Below, piece by piece: positions 1 through 8,500 of a stretch of 25,459 bases of DNA. The stretch is from contig JANRLX010000003.1 of the NCBI GenBank assembly GCA_033762115.1, positions 1-25,459 of the forward strand, read 5' to 3'. This stretch comes from Verrucomicrobiota bacterium. GTDB taxonomy: Bacteria; Verrucomicrobiota; Verrucomicrobiia; Limisphaerales; SXQI01. Numbering within the stretch: the first letter of the stretch is position 1; every line of letters begins with the position of its first letter. Under the pieces are notes generated by a model, which saw only the letters and a list, made by a program, of their open reading frames with translations, was not told where the DNA came from and searched no databases. The position numbers and the translations under genes are program-made.

Positions 1-1320
1 CCGTTGCTCTTTGGAATTGCGGCGACATGGTGCGGTTTTGCTCTCCCGGGAACGGCATTTCTCTTGGCGGCCCTCTTTCCCCTGTTCCTGCTTATCGCGC
101 AGGAATTGTTATGGCGAGTGGAGGAGCGTTCCCGCAAAAAGGGTTTTCTTTGGTTGAGCATCGGCATGAACCTGCTGGTTTTAGTTTTTTTTAAATATTT
201 CAATTTTTTTGCCGAGAATTTCGAAAAAGTCTGGAGAGGGATCGCCGGGGGAGAAGGTTGGCAACTTCCCGCCATTGTCCTGCCGGTCGCTATTTCGTTT
301 TACACTTTTCAATCGATTGCCTACGCGGTCGACATCTATCGTGGCAAAGCGACTCCATTAAAAGAATTCAGCACTTTCGCTGCTTACCTGGCTTTTTTTC
401 CGCAGCTTGTTGCCGGGCCGATTGAACGACCGGGCCGCTTCCTGCCGCAATTTGAGGTGAAGAGGGAATGGAACCCGGAGTTGTTCCGGAGCGCGGCGGC
501 TCTGCTGCTGAGCGGATATTTCAAAAAAGTGTTCGTTGCCGATAACTGCGCGCTGCTGGTGAATTATGCTTTTGATCCCGCTACACCACTGAATGCTGCC
601 TGGGCAGGGCTGGGAGTTGTGGCGTTTGCATTTCAGATTTATGGGGATTTTTCCGGCTACACAGATATTGCGCGTGGCTCGGCCCGGTTGATGGGGATTG
701 AGTTGAGTCGAAATTTTATTTTTCCCTACCTGGCGCGGAGTCCTTCCGATTTCTGGCAGCGGTGGCATATCACCTTATCAACATGGTTCAGGGATTATGT
801 TTATATCCCGCTGGGGGGAAACCGTTCCGGGGCCTGGATGACGGCAAGAAACCTTGCGATTACGATGCTGCTGGCGGGGTTGTGGCATGGAGCGAACTGG
901 ACGTTTCTGGCGTGGGGAGCGTTTCATGCGGTGATCCTGGTTTTGTTTCATTTTTCCAAGAGGTGGCAACAGTTGGCGACTGCGCCGGGATGGTTTGCCC
1001 GATTCAGTTCGGTAACGCTAATGTTTGTCCTCACATGCGTTGGCTGGGCAATTTTTCGCAGCGAAAATATGCAACAGTTGGTTCGCTGGATGGCGGCATT
1101 CACCAACTGGAATGAGGCGTCGGCGGCATTGAAACCGTTTTACTGGTTCCTCCTGCACACCATTCCTCTCCTGCTTTTGCAATGGGCGGCGTTTAAATCG
1201 GGTGATGAAGCCGAACCAGCACTTCCCTGGGGAATGCGTGGAGCGGTGTATGCGGTCATGACCCTCTGTATTGCGTCATCGATTTCCACGGAGCAGGAAT
1301 TCATCTATTTCCAGTTTTGA
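1..1320 (+). CDS. MBOAT family membrane-bound O-acyltransferase (AlgI/PatA/DltB-like), probably 5'-truncated
   Basis: Motifs: LPVAISFYTFQ, FFPQLVAGPI, FQIYGDFSGYTDIARG, DFWQRWHITLSTWFRDYVYIPLGG, catalytic GLWHGA and C-terminal FIYFQF. The frame is open to base 1. Confidence 0.95.
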   Translation, partial: PLLFGIAATWCGFALPGTAFLLAALFPLFLLIAQELLWRVEERSRKKGFLWLSIGMNLLVLVFFKYFNFFAENFEKVWRGIAGGEGWQLPAIVLPVAISFYTFQSIAYAVDIYRGKATPLKEFSTFAAYLAFFPQLVAGPIERPGRFLPQFEVKREWNPELFRSAAALLLSGYFKKVFVADNCALLVNYAFDPATPLNAAWAGLGVVAFAFQIYGDFSGYTDIARGSARLMGIELSRNFIFPYLARSPSDFWQRWHITLSTWFRDYVYIPLGGNRSGAWMTARNLAITMLLAGLWHGANWTFLAWGAFHAVILVLFHFSKRWQQLATAPGWFARFSSVTLMFVLTCVGWAIFRSENMQQLVRWMAAFTNWNEASAALKPFYWFLLHTIPLLLLQWAAFKSGDEAEPALPWGMRGAVYAVMTLCIASSISTEQEFIYFQF

Positions 1321-2327
1321 AACTACTTTCAAAAGCGTTTCTCGTTTGTGTGGCAGTGCTGATCGCTGCGGAGGTGGGGGCGCGTTTTGGGTTCACCCGG
1401 AGTTTCGAGGGACGTTTTGAATACGGTTATCATCCGACCGCCGGGTTCCGGGAACGAAATGGAATGATCGAGCTTTTTCGGGCAGGCGGGCGCAAGTTTC
1501 ATCAGCAACAGTATCCGATTGTCAAACCGAAGGAGCTGTTTCGTGTGATGGTGGTGGGAGATTCAGTGCCGCGAGGGCCAAGCCTTGATTCAGCATACCC
1601 GGCCCAACTGGCAGCAGAGTTAAAAAAGCGCGGCTTTCAGGCCGAAGGCTGGAACCTGTGCCTGCCGGGATATGGGGCGAGACGAAAGCAGATCGTTGCG
1701 GATGCAGCGGTGAAGTACCAGCCTGATTTACTCATCCTGCATGTGGGCAATTCCAATGAGTATGAGGATGAACGGGAATGGAACCGAAGCCGGGATTTTC
1801 AGGGGTGGCATCCGCGAAACTGGTTGATGAAAAGCCGGATTGTTCGGCGGTTGTATGAAGCAAAAACAGAAAAATTGTTTTGGCGCTGGTTGCCGCAGGA
1901 GATTCGCCAAAAGGGAGCGATCAATGATGCTGATGCCGAACTGCAGGCGGGATTGAACGCGGTTAAAATTGCTGAATGGGAGGAGCGGGTGGCTGAATCG
2001 ACACGTAAAGTGGTCCAACTGTGCCGTGAAAAGGAGATACCAATCCTGTTGCTACAGCAGGGCTATCGAAAAGTGGCCTCGAACGGCAAAGCCAGCATCG
2101 AAACTCCGAACATGGAGCCGTGGATCAGCAGGCTCAAAGGTTCAGGAGTGATTGTGATGTCGATGCAAGAAATCCTGGAGAAGGAAAATCTGGAAACCAT
2201 TTTTTCTGATTCTTCCCACCTGCAAGCGGAAGGTCATGCTTTTGTTGCCAGGGCAATTGCGGAGCGCATTACGGAGGAAGGACTGCTTTCCAAAGCTTTT
2301 GCCAAAGCGCAAAACCGGCCTGATTAA
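1317..2327 (+). CDS. SGNH/GDSL hydrolase-like protein (PatB/AlgJ-type partner of the MBOAT), N-terminal membrane anchor
   Basis: N-terminal hydrophobic segment; block I VVGDSV, block II PGYG, block III GNSNE, block V DSSH. The TTG start overlaps the MBOAT stop (TTGA). Confidence 0.85.
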   Translation: MKLLSKAFLVCVAVLIAAEVGARFGFTRSFEGRFEYGYHPTAGFRERNGMIELFRAGGRKFHQQQYPIVKPKELFRVMVVGDSVPRGPSLDSAYPAQLAAELKKRGFQAEGWNLCLPGYGARRKQIVADAAVKYQPDLLILHVGNSNEYEDEREWNRSRDFQGWHPRNWLMKSRIVRRLYEAKTEKLFWRWLPQEIRQKGAINDADAELQAGLNAVKIAEWEERVAESTRKVVQLCREKEIPILLLQQGYRKVASNGKASIETPNMEPWISRLKGSGVIVMSMQEILEKENLETIFSDSSHLQAEGHAFVARAIAERITEEGLLSKAFAKAQNRPD

Positions 2328-2583
2328 AACAGGGTGCATGAACAGGCAAACTGATGCCAGGCATTGCGTTAATAATTTATTCTCGGTGAAGGAGCATTCC
2401 TATGCTACGATGGTTGTGTGGAGAACGTTAGAAGCCCTTTCATCAATGTCAGGCAGCGTTTTGCCGAGATTTTGGCGCGCCGCTTCGTTGTTCCACAGTC
2501 ACAGATTGCTGGGATGTATTCCTTAGTCGCACCTCGCATCTGGCTAAAAATCCCTGGCAATTCGCAATTTTTTCATTCATGAG

Positions 2584-3441
2584 ATGACTTCTACGCTGCC
2601 AGCGAATGAAACAGCTTCCACCCGGCGCACGTATCATCCGAGCCTGGCCCAGCGGTACCTGAGTTGGATTGGGCTGATCATTGTCCGGCTGCTTCAGACA
2701 ATTCATGGGCTCGGAGCGTTTGCCTTGATCACGATGGGTGTGACTCTGACGAAATTTTACGAGTCATCAAAGGTCATACATCCGCTGATTTCGTCACAGA
2801 TTCATCGGGCCGGGCTGCGCCTGTTGCCGATGGTCACCTTCCTCGGATTTGCGCTGGGGTTTGTTATCATCGGTCAAACGGTTGCGCTGCTTTCCAGGGT
2901 GGGTGCCCAGAATTATGCGGGAATTGTGATGGTGACGGTGGTGGTGCGTGAACTCGGCCCGATGGTCGCGGCGCTATTGGTTTTGGCGCGGGTGGGCACC
3001 GCGATCGTGATTGAATTAAGCACCAACCGGGCTTTGGGGGAAGTGGAGGCGCTGGAAGCATTGGGGATCGATCCGATTCATTATCTTGTCATGCCGAGGG
3101 TCCTGGGTCTGGCAATTTCAATTTTTTCGCTCACGGTTTATTTGATCATTGTGGCGCTGGTGGGTGGATACCTGTTTGCGTTCATTCAGGATGTGCCGCT
3201 GCGTCCCGGGGATTACTTCAATCAATTGGTAGGTTCATTGAGATGGGAGGATTTCCTCCTGCTGGCATTGAAAACATTCAGCTTTGGGGTGGTGATTGCG
3301 GTGGTCACCTGTTACCAGGGTTTGGCTCGGCCGGTTCGCCTGGAGGATGTCTCTGCCGTAACGACCGGAGCCGTTGTCCAAAGCGTGATCGCGTGCATCC
3401 TGCTCGATGCCGTTTTTATAGTGGTTTATCTTCTTCTGTGA
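2584..3441 (+). CDS. mlaE: MlaE-family ABC transporter permease
   Basis: VVVRELGPMVAALLVLARVGTAIVIEL...EVEALEALGIDPIHYLVMPR and ...CYQGL...VSAVTTGAVV are MlaE hallmarks. Confidence 0.92.
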   Translation: MTSTLPANETASTRRTYHPSLAQRYLSWIGLIIVRLLQTIHGLGAFALITMGVTLTKFYESSKVIHPLISSQIHRAGLRLLPMVTFLGFALGFVIIGQTVALLSRVGAQNYAGIVMVTVVVRELGPMVAALLVLARVGTAIVIELSTNRALGEVEALEALGIDPIHYLVMPRVLGLAISIFSLTVYLIIVALVGGYLFAFIQDVPLRPGDYFNQLVGSLRWEDFLLLALKTFSFGVVIAVVTCYQGLARPVRLEDVSAVTTGAVVQSVIACILLDAVFIVVYLLL

Positions 3442-4232
3442 TGAGCGGACCTGAAGCAGTGCAGGAATTGATCCGGTTACAGGATGTGACCGTGACCGGC
3501 TCTGAACTGCAGCATAACATGGTGCGTGTGCAGCAGGTGAACTGGAGCATTCGGCGCGGAGATTACTGGGTGGTCACAGGAGCGCCGGGTTCCGGAAAGA
3601 GTGATCTCCTCAGCACGGCGGCGGGTCTTCAGAAACCGGGGAAGGGAACGCACCTGATTTTTGGGAAACCGATCCAGCAGTTGAATGAGGAGGAACTGAT
3701 CCGTGAGCGGATGAAGATCGGTTATGTGTTCCAGGGGGGAGGGCGGCTGTTCAATCAACTGTCAGTGCAGGAAAATATCGGGTTGCCGATTTGTTATCAC
3801 CAGGATTGTCCCTTGAGTGAGGCCCAGGAGAAAATCCACACAGTGCTGAACCTGGTGGAGATTACCTCATTGGCGCGGCGAAGGCCTTCTGAAATTACCC
3901 GCAACCTTCATCCGCGGATCAGCCTGGCGCGGGCCCTGGCATTGCAACCGGAAGTGCTTTTTATCGATAATCCTTTGCTGGGAACAGACCCGAATGAAAC
4001 GGCCTGGTGGCTGAAATTTTTGGAAAAGGCATCCACAACTCCCCTGATTGAGGGGCGCAAATTAACGCTGGTGATTGCCGCGGATGATTTACGCCCGTGG
4101 CGTTCGCAGGGAAAACAGTTTGCGGTGATCCATGAGGAAAACTGGGTTGAAATAGGAGATGCCAGGGGACTTGGAGGGAAATCGCTGGAATTGCTGAACC
4201 GCTTTAGCGGGGTGAATTACAATCAGGCATGA
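3441..4232 (+). CDS. MlaF-like ABC ATP-binding protein with degenerate catalytic motifs
   Basis: Walker A GAPGSGKS and Q-loop IGYVFQGGGRLFNQLSVQENI. The ATG at 3441 overlaps the mlaE stop (TGATG), so it is preferred over the ORF-track start at 3243. Signature motif, Walker B Glu and H-loop are altered. Confidence 0.85.
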   Translation: MSGPEAVQELIRLQDVTVTGSELQHNMVRVQQVNWSIRRGDYWVVTGAPGSGKSDLLSTAAGLQKPGKGTHLIFGKPIQQLNEEELIRERMKIGYVFQGGGRLFNQLSVQENIGLPICYHQDCPLSEAQEKIHTVLNLVEITSLARRRPSEITRNLHPRISLARALALQPEVLFIDNPLLGTDPNETAWWLKFLEKASTTPLIEGRKLTLVIAADDLRPWRSQGKQFAVIHEENWVEIGDARGLGGKSLELLNRFSGVNYNQA

Positions 4233-4306
4233 ATCAGGCAGATGATCTATCGAATTCGATTTTATGATGACTTCAAAGGAGAGGATTGTTTAACTAGGGA
4301 GCAAGG

Positions 4307-5401
4307 ATGCCTGTCCAGGATTTAACACCGCAGTTGCGTACCCGACTGAGCCGCGTTGAACGAGCTGTGGGTATTTTCGTGAGTGTGGCCACCATTTTTC
4401 TGCTGGCTGGATTTGGCTATTACATTTACCACACAGCGCAACGCAAGGGATGGTTTCTGCTGAAAGTGCCGTACCACACTTTCATGGATAGCGTGGAGGG
4501 AATCCGAATCGGCGATCCTGTAAAACTTTACGGTTTTGATGCAGGAGCGGTGACGGAGATCACCGCGATGGAACCTTTCAATGCCTATGGAAATGTTTAT
4601 ATCCAATTCGAGATCAGGCATCCGTATTACGGATATATCTGGGATGATTCCAAGGTGAAGGTGGGAGGAGATTTTCTGGGCAAACGATATCTGGAAGTGA
4701 CTGAAGGCGGGCTCTACCGACAAACGAACCTGCATGCGTCTTATAAAATCGAGAACGGCAAAGTGCTTGGAATCTGGGACGACAAAGAGGGGGAGTATCT
4801 TCCCTTTGAAGGAGAGAAAAAAATCAAGGGTTACACGTTGCTGACGGAGGCTGCTCCACCCATCACGGCTCGATTGGAGGCTGTGGCAAACCAGGTGGAG
4901 GAGGCGCTTCCGGGAATTCTTGCCTTAACAAACCGGTTGAATGGGGTGCTGGCCAACCTGGAAATGGTGAGCAGCAATGCGAATAGTTTGCTGGTTGATG
5001 CGCGTCCGACCTTGACGAACCTGGCGGTGATCACCGGGAATATCAAGGACCCGAACGGTTCCCTGGGCCAATGGCTGATTCCAACCAATCTCAGCCTGCA
5101 ACTCACGCAAACTCTTGCTTCGGCGCGGACATTGATCACCAATGCGAACCAAACTGTAGAAAACAGCGACAAGAATGTGACGATGCTCGCGATCAGCCTG
5201 GAAGAAACATTGGTCAACCTCGCCAGTATCACGAGTAATCTGAATGAGCAGGTTGAGGCGAACACCAATCTCATCAGCAATATTTCCACCACGATCTCGA
5301 ACGCAAACACGATGGTGCAGGGTTTGAAAACGCATTGGCTGTTGCGGTCCGCTTTCAAGGAGAAAAAGCCGGAGAAAAAGTCCCGGCCTTACGGGCGTTA
5401 A
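4307..5401 (+). CDS. mlaD: MlaD/MCE-domain protein with long helical C-terminal region
   Basis: N-terminal TM helix; MCE pattern SVEGIRIGDPVKLYGFDAGAVTEI and DFLGKRYLEV; heptad-like C-terminal half; GGGAG/AAGG upstream of the ATG; follows mlaE/F-like genes. Confidence 0.88.
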   Translation: MPVQDLTPQLRTRLSRVERAVGIFVSVATIFLLAGFGYYIYHTAQRKGWFLLKVPYHTFMDSVEGIRIGDPVKLYGFDAGAVTEITAMEPFNAYGNVYIQFEIRHPYYGYIWDDSKVKVGGDFLGKRYLEVTEGGLYRQTNLHASYKIENGKVLGIWDDKEGEYLPFEGEKKIKGYTLLTEAAPPITARLEAVANQVEEALPGILALTNRLNGVLANLEMVSSNANSLLVDARPTLTNLAVITGNIKDPNGSLGQWLIPTNLSLQLTQTLASARTLITNANQTVENSDKNVTMLAISLEETLVNLASITSNLNEQVEANTNLISNISTTISNANTMVQGLKTHWLLRSAFKEKKPEKKSRPYGR

Positions 5402-5498
5402 CCAGCCCGGAAATTCGCGCCCCAACTTCTTTCCATCGGCGGGATTCATTCCGCACTTGAGTCCTTTTCTGCAAATTCCTGCATTCCCCTAAAATTCT

Positions 5499-5526
5499 TA
5501 AAGGCTTCCGGCAGTGCTGCCGATAA
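5499..5526 (+). promoter_or_regulatory. Candidate sigma28 (FliA/SigD/WhiG-type) promoter
   Basis: TAAA (5499-5502)-N16-GCCGATAA (5519-5526), with a perfect -10 element, about 60 nt upstream of the giant gene. Confidence 0.5.
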
Positions 5527-5587
5527 GTCTCCCAGCGTCGATGGGCAAATTGTCATTCGGCCATATTTAACAACCAAAGTTATAGCT

Positions 5588-8500
5588 ATGCAGACAAACG
5601 CATGCACATTCAGCGAGGGACCCCGCCAGGTCACCCTGAAATATCCAATAAGTGCGACGGCCATATTCATGGCGTCGCTGATGTTTATGGCGCTGGCACT
5701 CATTTCCCCGATGCAGGTCCTGGCCGCGTCCTTCTTTTTGGATGGTCCGGTGGGGCAGCAAAATGTGGAGGAGACCAACGCTTTTGATGTGGGCCCCAAT
5801 GCGCCATACCTCCGAAGCCGAACGGCGCGGATCGACACCAGCCTGCTGGCCGGGCCGAATTCGCTGATCAACGGGACGCCGGTGGGAGCGGATGGTGGCG
5901 GAGGGCTGATCCTCAATTTATTTCCTGACCGGGAGCATGAAGTCACGATCACCCGCACTGTCAGGAAAGGGGACAAAGATTACCTGGCCTATGGAAAAGT
6001 CACCGACTCGCCCGAGAGCCAGGTGATATTCAGTGTTTCCGGAGATGTTGTGGCGGCGACAGTTTTCGTTCCGGGATACAGCACTGCTCAAATTCTTTAC
6101 GGCGGCAATGGCACTCATCGAATCACAGAAATCAACCCAGCGGCAATTCCTGGTTGCGATGCTCACCGTCCGCAGGCAGGGAATGTTATTTTTGGTGCGA
6201 ATGTGGTCGGCGCAACTCCGCCCGTGGCTGCAAGCGGACTGACAACTATTGACCTGATGGTGGTTTACACCGCAGCGGCACGAGCGGGCGCGGGCAGCGT
6301 GTCTGCAATGAACGCTTTGATTGACCTGGCAGTTGCCGAAGCAAATGAAGCTTACGCCAACAGCGGGGTGGATATTGAATTGCGCCTGGTTTACCGCGGG
6401 GAGGTCAGCTATTCCGAAAGCGGCAACGCAAGCACCGACCTGGGCCGCCTTCAATCAACGAGCGACAGCTACCTGACAACCGTGCCGACCCTTCGCAGCA
6501 CCTACGGTGCGGACGTGGTCACGTTGATTACTGAAAGCATGGCGACCTATGCCGGCCTCGGATATGTCATGTCGCCTGCGACCAATACATTTTCTCCGTA
6601 CGCCTACAACGTGGTGAAACGGCAGTATGCAGTGGGAAGTTACGTCCTGGCACATGAGCTGGGGCATAACATGGGATGCATGCATGACCGGGACAATTCG
6701 TCCGGTAGCGGAGCTTACAGTTATTCTTATGGGCATCGTTTCACAACAACGAATGGTGTTCAACGGACTGTGATGGCTTACGCCCCTGGAACACGCATTC
6801 CATATTTTTCAAATCCTTCGGTGACATTTGAGGGTGTCGCAACAGGGATTGATGAAAACGCCACCAATTCTGCGAATAACGCGCTTTCGTTGAATAATGT
6901 GGCGAGCATCGTGGCAGGTTTTGCCGATGAAGCGGTTTTTGTGGAGTTCGACTCTGCCTCAACAGTGGTTGATGAAGATGATGGCACTGTAACTTTGACG
7001 GTAATTCGCACCGGAGACACCTCGACGAATTCAACCGTCCAGTATGCGACCCAGGGAGGGACCGCAAGCGCGGGTACGGATTACACCACCACGAGCGGGA
7101 CAATTACATTTGCAGTGGGTGAGACGAACAAGACTTTCAACGTCAGCATCATTAATAACAGCGTGGTTGAAACGAACGAAACCTTCAGCGTGGTGCTGAG
7201 CAATCCGGTGCGGGCGGTGCTTGGCGTTGCGAGCACAAAAGTCCTGACGATCCAGGATGAGGATGTGGGAGTGCGATTCAGCGCGTCGACAGCTTCGGTG
7301 GATGAAGATGCGACGAACGTGGTTTTGACGGTGAACAGGACGGGGAAAACCAATACGAGCTTTACAGTAGATTTCAAAATGACGGATTTGACCGCTGTTT
7401 CCGGTTCCGATTACACGGGAACGAACGATTCATTGAGCTTCAGCTCGGGTGACACATCCAAAACGATTACCATCCCGATCACCAATGACAGCGCGATTGA
7501 AAGCAACGAGACTTTCCGTGTGGCGCTGACCAATGCCTCGGGAGCAACGATCATTGCTTCATCGAACGTGGTTGTGACGATCGCGGAAGATGATGTTTCG
7601 GTCGCCTTCAGCACAAATGCAGTTGCGGTGATCGAAAACGCTTCGAGCATCACTGTTTCCGTGACCCGTTCGGGCGGGACCAATTCGACGGTCTCGGTTG
7701 ATTTTGCGACCGAGGATGATACCGCCGGATCAGGTGATTACACCTCGACCAATGCCACTCTGACATTCACGCCGGGGCAGACCACAAAAACAATCACAGT
7801 CCCGCTGTCGAATGACAGCAGCATTGAAGGGAATGAAGCGTTCAGCATCGGTTTGACCAATGTGACCGGTGGCGTCTTAGGAACACACAGCAACCTGGTC
7901 GTCACGATCCGGGACAACGACAGTGAATTTGAGTTTTCCACGAATGCAGTGACTCTCAATGAAAGCACTGCTTCAGTGACGTTGACTGTCCTCCGCACCG
8001 GGGGAACGGTTGGGGCGGCAACGGTTCGCTATGCGACAACAAATGGGACGGCAAGCGCCGCAAGTGATTATACCGCAGTCAGTGGAACCCTCTCCTTTGC
8101 CGCGGGTGAAACCAATAAAACTGTCCGGCTTACCATCCTGAATGATACTGCGGTGGAAACAAACGAGACTTTCTCGATTGTGCTCAGTAATCCCACAGGT
8201 GAAGGAAGCGTGGGAGCGGTGGACAGCACTGATGTGACCATTACAGATAACGACAGTTTGATTGCCCTGGATGATGCCACGATCACAGTTGCCGAGGATG
8301 ATGGCACCGCCACGATTTCAGTGACCCGAAGCGGGACCCTGACCCTGACGAATACAATCAAGTATGCCTTCAAAGCTGGAAGCGCGACGGCGTCCGATTA
8401 CACCGCGACAAACGGCACCCTGACTTTTGCGCCCAACGAAACGAACAAAACCATCGTGGTGGCGATTGCAGATGATTCAGTCATTGAAACCAACGAAACG

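Noticed and set aside
2340..2400. GGCAAAC suggesting a c-di-GMP-I riboswitch upstream of mlaE
   Set aside because: The GNRA-capped P2 stem and the downstream GACGCAAA element are absent.
2472..2490. TGGCGCG-CCGC-TTCG resembling a sigma54 promoter
   Set aside because: The -12 element reads TTCG rather than TTGC, so the invariant GC is missing.
2236..2706. ORFs 2236-2526 (+) and 2449-2706 (-) covering the SGNH-mlaE gap
   Set aside because: They overlap real genes and have no recognisable motif. The gap is more likely a promoter region.
3243..3440. 66-aa N-terminal extension of the ATPase in the ORF track
   Set aside because: It overlaps mlaE out of frame. The TGATG-coupled ATG at 3441 is the more plausible start.
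4229..4293. Tiny ORFs (MNQADDLSNSIL; MMTSKERIV) between mlaF-like and mlaD
   Set aside because: Too short, with no supporting features; cannot be told from chance.
4831..5976. Minus-strand ORFs of about 175 aa opposite mlaD and the start of the giant gene
   Set aside because: They are antisense to well-supported genes and have no recognisable domain.
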